IMG/VR virus record: IMGVR_UViG_3300022695_000058
Location: 1-28,289 of that record
Reading direction: 5' to 3' (one strand)
Source: a virus
Taxonomy: Duplodnaviria; Caudoviricetes
Length of the DNA: 28,289 nucleotides
How positions within the stretch are numbered: the first letter of the stretch is position 1; every line of letters begins with the position of its first letter. Shown piece after piece: positions 17,891 through 25,196 of this stretch. Both the position numbers and the translations under genes were made by a program. Below the pieces are notes generated by a model. It had not been told where the DNA came from. It saw only the letters and a list, made by a program, of their open reading frames with translations, and made no database searches.

Positions 17891-18199
17891 ATGAATAAAA
17901 TGAAGAACATTAAGAACATTAAGAACCCGTCATATAAAATTTGTCGTTTCGACCATGAATCTTATCAGCTTTTTGTGATTGAATCTAATGAATCTAATGA
18001 ACATAAAATACTTAAAATACCATCTGAAGATGTTATTTCAAATTCTTTTGAAATATGCATTAAAAAAGCAGTTAATATCGAGTTATTCGAACCAACTGTA
18101 TGCAATTTCCAAGATATTACACAAAAGAATAAAAAAGTTATATTCGAATTCTCTTCCAAAAAAGAAATAATAAATAAATACCCTGAATTTCTTGTATGA
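17891..18199 (+). CDS. ExxV-tag family protein (KYPEFLV)
   Basis: YKIC..LFVI..C...IFEFSSKKEI; similar to 23347-23655. Confidence 0.75.
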   Translation: MNKMKNIKNIKNPSYKICRFDHESYQLFVIESNESNEHKILKIPSEDVISNSFEICIKKAVNIELFEPTVCNFQDITQKNKKVIFEFSSKKEIINKYPEFLV

Positions 18200-18408
18200 A
18201 TAAAAAATCACCTCCAAGTGGTAGTGTTAAATATGACAGAACTACCGATTCATATGATATATTTGATGGCACGAGCTGGCTACCGGTTCAACCACAACAA
18301 GAAGAAACATATACTATATCTGAAATCGAAGAACGTTATTTTAATGGTATGGACATTTCTGAAGTCATAAATGTTTTAAGAAAGCATAACCCCGAATATT
18401 TCGTTTAA
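18196..18408 (+). CDS. ExxV-tag family protein (HNPEYFV)
   Basis: C-terminal motif; ATGA overlap. Confidence 0.75.
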   Translation: MNKKSPPSGSVKYDRTTDSYDIFDGTSWLPVQPQQEETYTISEIEERYFNGMDISEVINVLRKHNPEYFV

Positions 18409-18481
18409 TAACTGCTTTAAACATTAAATCATTCTAAAATGTTGTTTTTGTTTATATAAGAATGTACTTTTCTAATTATGC

Positions 18482-18564
18482 CAGTTTGTATTCAGTTTGT
18501 ATTCAGTTTGTATTCAGTTTGTATTCAGTTTGTATTCAGTTTGTATTCAGTTTGTATTCAGTTT
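18482..18564. repeat. Intergenic perfect tandem array CAGTTTGTATT x7.5
   Basis: Read directly; no spacers. Confidence 0.97.
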
Positions 18565-18594
18565 TAATATATAGAAAATGACACGAAAGAAAAG

Positions 18595-18623
18595 GTTGAC
18601 AGTATAGATTTAGTTGGTATAAT
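18595..18623 (+). promoter_or_regulatory. Early promoter GTTGACA-N16-TATAAT
   Basis: TTGACA 18596-18601, TATAAT 18618-18623; CGGTA/TACCG stem before the RBS. Confidence 0.85.
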
Positions 18624-18663
18624 CATTTTATCCGGTAAATATACCGTACACAGGAGAACCATT

Positions 18664-18948
18664 ATGAAATCACCTCACATGTCTCGAGTTAAATTGGATA
18701 CATACGTTAACGCTAATCATGCAAGGAAACGTATTGAAGAATTGGAAGGTGCATTTGAAGGTAATGACGATTGGGAATTTTTTCGGGAACAGGTTCAAGG
18801 TAAACAAACTATTTTCTTTTGTCATCCTGCTGAAATCACCGACCATGCGGATTTATCGGATATCATCAGAGGTAAATCAATTGCATATCGCCGGGAACAA
18901 CGGGAATTGTTAAAGGCTGAACAATCTGAACAATCTGAACAATCATAA
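18664..18948 (+). CDS. Monocistronic hypothetical early protein (ends EQS x3)
   Basis: AGGAG RBS; own promoter and terminator. Confidence 0.75.
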   Translation: MKSPHMSRVKLDTYVNANHARKRIEELEGAFEGNDDWEFFREQVQGKQTIFFCHPAEITDHADLSDIIRGKSIAYRREQRELLKAEQSEQSEQS

Positions 18949-18954
18949 TACTTA

Positions 18955-18988
18955 AGATCTGGTGTAACATTAGTTGCACCAGATTTTT
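18955..18988 (+). terminator. Rho-independent terminator
   Basis: Stem ATCTGGTGTAAC / GTTGCACCAGAT, 4-nt loop, T-run. Confidence 0.75.
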
Positions 18989-19003
18989 GAATATAGATGA
19001 GGT

Positions 19004-19285
19004 ATGCAAGTTGTGAAAAAGACACGCAAACTAAATAAACAGACAGAAATCAGAATTGACCAATTTCATCAAGAATATACCGTATCGGATATCGTGTTAT
19101 TTAGAGGTAAATGGAATGGATTAGGTATAGGAACAATAACAAAGATAACGCCAAAAGGTTGTACTTTAATATATACTGATGCTATAGGAACTATGCAAAA
19201 GATAAATAGAAGGAATGAAGATATTATCAGATTTACTGAGCAATACAACTATATTTCTGAAACCTATCCAGAATATCAAGTATAA
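19004..19285 (+). CDS. ExxV-tag family protein, SH3/KOW-like (TYPEYQV)
   Basis: DQFHQ...DIV.F...TPKG.T...TEQ....ETYPE. Confidence 0.75.
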   Translation: MQVVKKTRKLNKQTEIRIDQFHQEYTVSDIVLFRGKWNGLGIGTITKITPKGCTLIYTDAIGTMQKINRRNEDIIRFTEQYNYISETYPEYQV

Positions 19286-19491
19286 TGAATAAACCAATAA
19301 AAAGTATTTCAGATGAGAAAATGAAAAGTTTAATAGAAAAATATATTAAAGAATCTGGATTTTCTCTTATCGAAGAGGAAGTATGCAGAAAGGGTTCTTG
19401 TAAAGGATGTTTCTTTGCTTCTGGTTATATCTGTACTTTTTCACACTATGATGACCAACTAAAACGAGTAATGCCGGAGTATTATGTATGA
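19285..19491 (+). CDS. ExxV-tag family protein with Cys cluster (VMPEYYV)
   Basis: CxxxxCxxCxF...C. Confidence 0.72.
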   Translation: MNKPIKSISDEKMKSLIEKYIKESGFSLIEEEVCRKGSCKGCFFASGYICTFSHYDDQLKRVMPEYYV

Positions 19492-19649
19492 ACACTGACC
19501 AAAAAGACCAAACAAATAATTCATATAATGATTGTTTAAATTGTGAATTTTATAAAGCAAATGAAGATACGTCTGATTCACATTGCTTTATTTTTCAAGA
19601 AGAAATAATGTTCAAATGCAATTATTTTAAAACAAAAAATAAGGAATAA
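19488..19649 (+). CDS. Unlisted 53-aa Cys4 protein (CLNC...C...C)
   Basis: Manual translation; ATGA overlap; fills the gap. Confidence 0.6.
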   Translation: MNTDQKDQTNNSYNDCLNCEFYKANEDTSDSHCFIFQEEIMFKCNYFKTKNKE

Positions 19650-19653
19650 CATC

Positions 19654-20406
19654 ATGTCATATTTTAAAGATTTTTTGAATAAAGCAGGATTCAGTTATAC
19701 AAATGAATCCAACAATAAAAGATATATTAAAATTCTCGAAAGGGGATTTAACACTGTATCTACATCAACCAAATCAAATGGAATTGAACTCATTTCTTTC
19801 AATGGATTAGATGTTCAATTAGTGTTAAAAGAAGACCAACTAATTGGATATAAAACTGATACTGGAACATGTTATGATTTTCCTAAGGATATGATCATCA
19901 TTGATGATTTATTTGATAATTCAAATAGATTGATTAAAAAAGGTAAAATCAAAACTCTAAAAGAATTGGTTCAAAATTATATCAATCCATTGGAATTGAA
20001 TTATAATAAAAAATTTAAGATGCAAAAAGAACGACAGTATTACCGGATTTATGCAATTCGTTCTTTCACCGACGTTAAAGAAGGCGATAAAGGTGGATTA
20101 ATCGAAACAGAACAAAACTTATCACATGAAGGAAAATCATGGATTTATGATAATGGGAAAGTTTTCGGTGATGCTCAAATTCTTGAAAATGGAAAAGTTT
20201 ATGATATGGCTAAGGTTTATGAACAAGCTATCGTAACGGGCAATGGTTATATATCAAATGCAGCACAGGCGTTCGGACAAGCAGTTATCGAAGGTGAAGT
20301 ATATGGTTCTGCAATCATTTCTGGAACAGCTAGAGTACTAGAAAATGGACAAGTTCATGGTAAAGTTAAAATTGCTTCTGGTAACATTGAAGTTGACATG
20401 TCGTAA
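19654..20406 (+). CDS. Phage protein with C-terminal hexapeptide-repeat (left-handed beta-helix-like) domain
   Basis: RIYAIRSFTDVKEGDKGGLIE..NLSHEG..W followed by [VI]xxxAx repeats. Confidence 0.75.
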   Translation: MSYFKDFLNKAGFSYTNESNNKRYIKILERGFNTVSTSTKSNGIELISFNGLDVQLVLKEDQLIGYKTDTGTCYDFPKDMIIIDDLFDNSNRLIKKGKIKTLKELVQNYINPLELNYNKKFKMQKERQYYRIYAIRSFTDVKEGDKGGLIETEQNLSHEGKSWIYDNGKVFGDAQILENGKVYDMAKVYEQAIVTGNGYISNAAQAFGQAVIEGEVYGSAIISGTARVLENGQVHGKVKIASGNIEVDMS

Positions 20407-20420
20407 TTAACGTATAGAAT
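20392..20420 (+). promoter_or_regulatory. Early promoter GTTGACA-N16-TAGAAT heading the main ExxV array
   Basis: TTGACA 20393-20398, TAGAAT 20415-20420. Confidence 0.75.
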
Positions 20421-20443
20421 ACTTAGTTTAACGAGGTATATCA

Positions 20444-20686
20444 ATGTATACAATATGTTTGGACAAACTAGGTAATTATTTTGTTAAACGATCTGATTGT
20501 TATGTAACTTTTTTAACAAAAAACAACGAAGAATATATTAGTACAGACATTCATTTACGTGCTGTTCTTAATCTTTTGAAATATAAACATATATTAGTAC
20601 AAGGTGATTTACCGAATCACCAAGAAATATGTTCATTTAAAGATAAGAATAACATTATCGATGAATGTCCGGAATTGTTTGTATAA
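20444..20686 (+). CDS. ExxV-tag family, MYTxC subfamily (ECPELFV)
   Basis: Terminal motifs; GAGG RBS. Confidence 0.78.
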   Translation: MYTICLDKLGNYFVKRSDCYVTFLTKNNEEYISTDIHLRAVLNLLKYKHILVQGDLPNHQEICSFKDKNNIIDECPELFV

Positions 20687-20729
20687 TTAATATTTTAGGA
20701 ACATTTTAGGAACATTTTAGGAGCGTTTA

Positions 20730-20999
20730 ATGATTTCGACCGATATTACTAAAACCTATAAGTTAATGATAACTCCACAAAAACGATTCATACTAAAAGA
20801 TTCTTTAAATAGGCGTTTGGAATTTATACATGAACATATGTCTATATTCGAATTCGATAATATTTCTGATATAGTTGATATGTTAGATAATAATGTTGAA
20901 ATTTTTAGAAATACATCATATACGAATATCGGTAATATATTGATTCGATTCGATACAACAGAAGAATTATATGATAATTTTCCGGAATACTTCGTATGA
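20730..20999 (+). CDS. ExxV-tag family (NFPEYFV)
   Basis: Terminal motif; ATTTTAGGAAC repeat at 20692-20722 over the RBS. Confidence 0.78.
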   Translation: MISTDITKTYKLMITPQKRFILKDSLNRRLEFIHEHMSIFEFDNISDIVDMLDNNVEIFRNTSYTNIGNILIRFDTTEELYDNFPEYFV

Positions 21000-21268
21000 T
21001 ATACATATTGCGAAAAAGTACATATGATTTTTTAGGAATGCGGTTAGTGTGGATTACGTGTCAAGAAAGAATCGTCGCAGTTGTCATTGATAATGAAGAA
21101 ATTGATGAATTTGACTCTATTGCTGAAGCATTCAATTTATTCACATCACACGAAAAATATAATTATTCTAGATTGGTTAGTATTGAAGAAATTAAAGATT
21201 CAGAAGAAGTTTGTCGCTTTTCAACAGAAGAAGAATTTAAGGAGAAAATAATTGAATATCTTGTATAA
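20996..21268 (+). CDS. ExxV-tag family (KIIEYLV)
   Basis: Terminal motif; ATGA overlap. Confidence 0.78.
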   Translation: MIYILRKSTYDFLGMRLVWITCQERIVAVVIDNEEIDEFDSIAEAFNLFTSHEKYNYSRLVSIEEIKDSEEVCRFSTEEEFKEKIIEYLV

Positions 21269-21293
21269 AGTATGTTTATTGGATAGTATTTAA

Positions 21294-21554
21294 ATGTATA
21301 CTTTATGTTTAAGAAAAGACTCTAATCATTTTTTCATTATTATAGATGGAAAAGTATTATTTTTTAAACTTTTTCTTCTTGTTAATTCTAAACTCTCGAA
21401 TATTTCTTCTTTTTCAACTATCGAGAGTTTAGCTGATGCTTTTATTCGTTATGATGGATTTTTAAACGATTCAGTTCCTGAATCAGTTATCGAACTTGGT
21501 AACTTTGAGAATGTAACAGAACTGTTAGAAAATTTCTCAGAATACTTAGTTTAA
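21294..21554 (+). CDS. ExxV-tag family, MYTLC subfamily (NFSEYLV)
   Basis: Terminal motifs. Confidence 0.78.
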   Translation: MYTLCLRKDSNHFFIIIDGKVLFFKLFLLVNSKLSNISSFSTIESLADAFIRYDGFLNDSVPESVIELGNFENVTELLENFSEYLV

Positions 21555-21815
21555 ATGTATACATTATGCATCAAAAAAGATAAATTTAGAAAAAACAAAA
21601 TTATCTTTTTCGTTCTATATAACGATTTTTTAATTTGTTTTGAAGATCCAGAGAATCATATAATTACAAGATTTACTAGTATTTCAAGCATACGAAATTC
21701 GTTTGAATTGGGTAAAATACACAAAATTAACAACGATATAGATGAATATGTAGAAATAGGAACATTCGATAATGCCAGAGAATTGCGTACTAAATTTCCA
21801 GAATATTTAGTATAA
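21555..21815 (+). CDS. ExxV-tag family, MYTLC subfamily (KFPEYLV)
   Basis: Terminal motifs. Confidence 0.78.
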   Translation: MYTLCIKKDKFRKNKIIFFVLYNDFLICFEDPENHIITRFTSISSIRNSFELGKIHKINNDIDEYVEIGTFDNARELRTKFPEYLV

Positions 21816-21829
21816 TCGAAGGAGCGATT

Positions 21830-22087
21830 ATGTCTAAATACAAATTATGTCTATATACTGCTTCTGGAACAATATTCTATTTTTTCAAATCGAAGAAAAG
21901 AATGATTATTCTAGCAAACAATAATACCGGTAAAAAAACATTTACATCAATAAAAGATGCATTCGATTCATTCAATAAGTTTAATATATCTAGCTTTACA
22001 GAACAAATACCTGAACATTTCTGTGAAATAGTCGAATTTGAAAATATATCTGATTTCGAACAAAAAATTATAGAACATTTGGTATAA
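21830..22087 (+). CDS. ExxV-tag family (KIIEHLV)
   Basis: YKLC start; AAGGAG RBS. Confidence 0.78.
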   Translation: MSKYKLCLYTASGTIFYFFKSKKRMIILANNNTGKKTFTSIKDAFDSFNKFNISSFTEQIPEHFCEIVEFENISDFEQKIIEHLV

Positions 22088-22102
22088 GAAAGATCAAATT
22101 GT

Positions 22103-22144
22103 ATGGAGAAACTCGAAAATGCTATACCGGAATCATTAATATGA
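22103..22144 (+). other. 13-aa tag-only mini-ORF MEKLENAIPESLI (gene remnant or micropeptide)
   Basis: Manual translation; contains a 21-bp copy of 22358-22378; ATGA overlap with next gene. Confidence 0.6.
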
Positions 22145-22389
22145 AAAGATATAAATTGTGTAAAGCTAAAGATAATAAATTCTTTATATTAAATGAAAAA
22201 TCAATCTTAATGGTATCACCCTTATCGTTGCGTATAGGTTATTATTACGATGATATCATACAATGTATATATTCATTTAATGAAAGTAGATTCTATGGAA
22301 ACTCTACTTCTCATGTAGAATATACCATATTAACTGAATTTAATACGATTCAGGATATCGAAAATGCTATACCGGAATTATTAGTTTAA
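22141..22389 (+). CDS. ExxV-tag family (AIPELLV)
   Basis: MKRYKLC start at 22141. Confidence 0.78.
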   Translation: MKRYKLCKAKDNKFFILNEKSILMVSPLSLRIGYYYDDIIQCIYSFNESRFYGNSTSHVEYTILTEFNTIQDIENAIPELLV

Positions 22390-22679
22390 ATGTATACATT
22401 GTGTAAATTTTATGTGCTAGATTCTCCTGCATTTTTCATAATACAGAATAATGAAACTATTCAGTTTAACAGTAAAGATTTCGATTCGAACATAAGTGTG
22501 TTCATAACTGTAGCTTGTGCATTTAAAACATTTAAATCGTGTTCAAATCGTGTTCAAATCGTGTTCAAATCGTGTTCAAAATCAGATATAACAGTAACGT
22601 TACCAGAAAATATGAGTCATTCATCGAGTTTGAAAATATATCTGATTTTGAACAAAAAATTATAGAATATATAGTTTGA
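22390..22679 (+). pseudogene. ExxV-tag family, MYTLC subfamily, -1 frameshift at AAAA 22607-22610 (restored end KIIEYIV)
   Basis: Adding one A gives LPEKYESFIEFENISDFEQKIIEYIV*, matching the end of 21830-22087. Confidence 0.72.
22534..22577 (+). repeat. Tandem repeat AAATCGTGTTC x4 within a coding region
   Basis: Read directly. Confidence 0.95.
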
Positions 22680-22697
22680 AACTCGTATAATATATTT

Positions 22698-22726
22698 GTT
22701 GACATTTACATATTTCAAGTTATAAT
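22698..22726 (+). promoter_or_regulatory. Early promoter GTTGACA-N16-TATAAT
   Basis: TTGACA 22699-22704, TATAAT 22721-22726. Confidence 0.85.
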
Positions 22727-22745
22727 TATTTTGAGGATATAAAAA

Positions 22746-22991
22746 ATGATTTTGGTTTGCAGAAACATAAATAAAGAATATTTTATAAAAGATAATGGTA
22801 TTATTATGAATGTTGTTAAACATTCCGGTAATAAAACCATCGTTTTCCTAGTTAAATCCGGTCTTTTGATATCATTTCTCAGTAATCAACTGGATAGGGG
22901 TAGTTCATATGAATATATTCCTCATTCTGTAATCGAAAGTTTTGAAAACATCGAATATCTTCAACAACGCTATCCGGAATTCACTGTATGA
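22746..22991 (+). CDS. ExxV-tag family (RYPEFTV)
   Basis: Terminal motif; GAGGA RBS. Confidence 0.78.
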   Translation: MILVCRNINKEYFIKDNGIIMNVVKHSGNKTIVFLVKSGLLISFLSNQLDRGSSYEYIPHSVIESFENIEYLQQRYPEFTV

Positions 22992-23311
22992 AAGGTACTT
23001 ATTTCAATATGACCATATTAATCGAAAATGAGTCAGAATATGAATTAATTTCACAAGAACAAAAATATACAAGTTTAATGCATGAAGATATTATACATAA
23101 TTCATATATGGTTCTTTATAATAATAAATTATTATCTTTTGACCTTGGATCAGGTGTACATATAACATCATTTAATGATATATGTCATTTGAAGAAGTTA
23201 TTAGATAAAGTTACTCGTTCTTCAGATCAAATAAATGGACATTATAACAGAATAGCACAATTTAAAGATTATGCTGATTTCGAAAATAATTATCCTGAGC
23301 TTTTAGTTTAG
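22988..23311 (+). CDS. ExxV-tag family (NYPELLV)
   Basis: Terminal motif. Confidence 0.78.
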   Translation: MKGTYFNMTILIENESEYELISQEQKYTSLMHEDIIHNSYMVLYNNKLLSFDLGSGVHITSFNDICHLKKLLDKVTRSSDQINGHYNRIAQFKDYADFENNYPELLV

Positions 23312-23339
23312 TTGACAATATCATTTAATTAGTTATAAT
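23311..23339 (+). promoter_or_regulatory. Early promoter GTTGACA-N16-TATAAT, possibly giving a near-leaderless mRNA
   Basis: TTGACA 23312-23317, TATAAT 23334-23339, ATG at 23347. Confidence 0.8.
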
Positions 23340-23346
23340 TCATCTT

Positions 23347-23655
23347 ATGAAATATGATGATTGCTTTAAAACATATAAGAACACAACCAAATGTTATGAT
23401 TTAATGTACAACTTAGTTGAATTAGCAGATGGGTCAAGTGAATCATATTATGCTATAGACACAGGCGAAAATAATATAATTGAATCAAATCAAGAAATTC
23501 TTTATTGTTCCAAAGAAATGTGTATCAAATCATTCTTTTATTCTCAAAAATCATTGTTTAAAACTATAGAAAAACACAAATTGAAAAGAACTATATTATT
23601 TTCTTTTTCGAAAAAGTCTGAAGTAATCAATGAATTTTCAGAATATTTAGTATGA
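23347..23655 (+). CDS. ExxV-tag family (EFSEYLV)
   Basis: Terminal motif; similar to 17891-18199. Confidence 0.75.
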   Translation: MKYDDCFKTYKNTTKCYDLMYNLVELADGSSESYYAIDTGENNIIESNQEILYCSKEMCIKSFFYSQKSLFKTIEKHKLKRTILFSFSKKSEVINEFSEYLV

Positions 23656-23690
23656 ATAACCATATAAATGAACACGGGATGATTTAAAAC

Positions 23691-23930
23691 ATGTTTACAT
23701 TATGTAGAATTAGAGATTCATATTGTATAATGCTAGAAAATAAACTTCTTCACTACACTAACGATGATACGATTAGCATGAACTGGACTTTTGAAAATTG
23801 TTCTGAACTTAAAGAAATAATGAAAATGCAGTTCGTCACTTCAAATAATCCCAAGTTAAAGTTCATTAAATTGTGTGAATTTAAAAATTATACTGATTTA
23901 GAAAATAATTATCCTGAGATGTTCGTTTAA
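23691..23930 (+). CDS. ExxV-tag family, MFTLC subfamily (NYPEMFV)
   Basis: Terminal motifs. Confidence 0.78.
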   Translation: MFTLCRIRDSYCIMLENKLLHYTNDDTISMNWTFENCSELKEIMKMQFVTSNNPKLKFIKLCEFKNYTDLENNYPEMFV

Positions 23931-23931
23931 C

Positions 23932-24216
23932 ATGGAGTTTAACATGGAATTTGTACTATATGACATTATAGAATATTCTGATTTTCACAATAAACATTTA
24001 TTATATGTTATTGAGAAAAATGGTTTTCATCAAGCAATTCTATATAAAAACGATGTACGAACATTTTTTAACAGTATAGAAGAATGTATTGCTATGTTAG
24101 AATATAAGATGTACAAGTACGAATTCACATATAGCAAAAATCTTGTTAGAAAAACAATATATACATTTTCTGATAAAGAACAATTCATCAAAACAGTTCC
24201 AGAATATTTAGTTTAG
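23932..24216 (+). CDS. ExxV-tag family (TVPEYLV)
   Basis: Terminal motif; 12-bp duplication 23925-23948 places GGAG before ATG 23944. Confidence 0.78.
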   Translation: MEFNMEFVLYDIIEYSDFHNKHLLYVIEKNGFHQAILYKNDVRTFFNSIEECIAMLEYKMYKYEFTYSKNLVRKTIYTFSDKEQFIKTVPEYLV

Positions 24217-24245
24217 TTGACAGATGTCTATAAATATGATAGTAT
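24216..24245 (+). promoter_or_regulatory. Promoter GTTGACA-N17-TAGTAT with an embedded TATAAATA (24229-24236)
   Basis: Read directly. Confidence 0.55.
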
Positions 24246-24265
24246 TCTCAAATATAGGAGTACAA

Positions 24266-24904
24266 ATGAATCAATTCATCCATAATATACCGCATACATT
24301 GCTACCATTTATTATCGTTTTAAATAATTTGTCAAAAAATAATTACATCGTTGGTGGTGCAGTTAGGGATTTATGTCTCAAAAAAGTTCCTCATGATTAT
24401 GATTTAGTAACTGATATTCCCATGAATATGTTAGTTAAGGAATTTTCAGAAGGTGGATTCAGAGTTAAAGAAACCGGTGTTACTCATTTAGTTCTTAATG
24501 TTTATAAACATAATTACGGTGTCGAAATCAGTAATTTCAGGAAAGATGTTATTTGTGACGGAAGACATGCAGAAGTCCAAATTGGGACTATAGAGGAAGA
24601 TTCTAATCGACGAGATTTTACAGTTAATTCATTGTATCTTAATACATCTTTCCAAGATCCAATTTCTGACCCAACTGGTTTAGGATTAAAGGATTTAGAA
24701 AACAAATCACTTCGATTCATTGGTAATCCCAAAGAACGGATTCGTGAGGATTATCTTAGAATATTCAGATTTTACCGATTCATTGAGAAAGGGTTTACAC
24801 CTAATAAGAATTCATTGAAAGCTGTTCGAGAATTATTTAATGAAGCATATGAAAAAATAACACCTGAACGAGTTAGAACAGAATTAGAAAAAATGGTTCT
24901 ATAA
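24266..24904 (+). CDS. Class II tRNA nucleotidyltransferase / poly(A) polymerase family, head-neck only
   Basis: VGGAVRD, DYD, DGRH loop, RRDFTVN, EDYLR, PERV..EL.K; AGGAG RBS before ATG 24266. Confidence 0.88.
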   Translation: MNQFIHNIPHTLLPFIIVLNNLSKNNYIVGGAVRDLCLKKVPHDYDLVTDIPMNMLVKEFSEGGFRVKETGVTHLVLNVYKHNYGVEISNFRKDVICDGRHAEVQIGTIEEDSNRRDFTVNSLYLNTSFQDPISDPTGLGLKDLENKSLRFIGNPKERIREDYLRIFRFYRFIEKGFTPNKNSLKAVRELFNEAYEKITPERVRTELEKMVL

Positions 24905-24905
24905 T

Positions 24906-25175
24906 ATGAAAAAATATCAGTTGATTAAAAACTCATTGAATCGATATTCTATTTTGAATAATGGATATGTTAGTTTTTCTGCTGTTCAGGACAATGAAAT
25001 CATTTATTTCTGTTCATCATTTCGAGAATTGTTGGATTCATTATCAAATGATTCATCATCTGATTCAACTATATTAAAGAATAATGGTTTTTTTGTTCCA
25101 CATGATTATGAAGTTTTATTCGAATTCAATGCAATTGAAGATTTATTGAATCATTATCCAGAATATTTAGTATAA
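24906..25175 (+). CDS. ExxV-tag family (HYPEYLV)
   Basis: Terminal motif. Confidence 0.78.
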   Translation: MKKYQLIKNSLNRYSILNNGYVSFSAVQDNEIIYFCSSFRELLDSLSNDSSSDSTILKNNGFFVPHDYEVLFEFNAIEDLLNHYPEYLV

Positions 25176-25196
25176 CAGACATAAAAAGGAGCTAAT

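Noticed and set aside
18482-18564. CRISPR array
   Set aside because: 11-bp units are contiguous with no spacers, and no cas genes are present
20444-25175. Diversity-generating retroelement or integron cassette array
   Set aside because: No reverse transcriptase or integrase in the window, no template/variable pair with A-specific changes, and genes abut with no room for attC sites
14674-25175. Mimicry of eukaryotic class II PDZ ligands (EYYV and EYFI match neurexin and glycophorin C tails)
   Set aside because: The match is real, but the context is a bacteriophage and the proteins show no export signals; kept only as a hint of carboxylate-binding recognition
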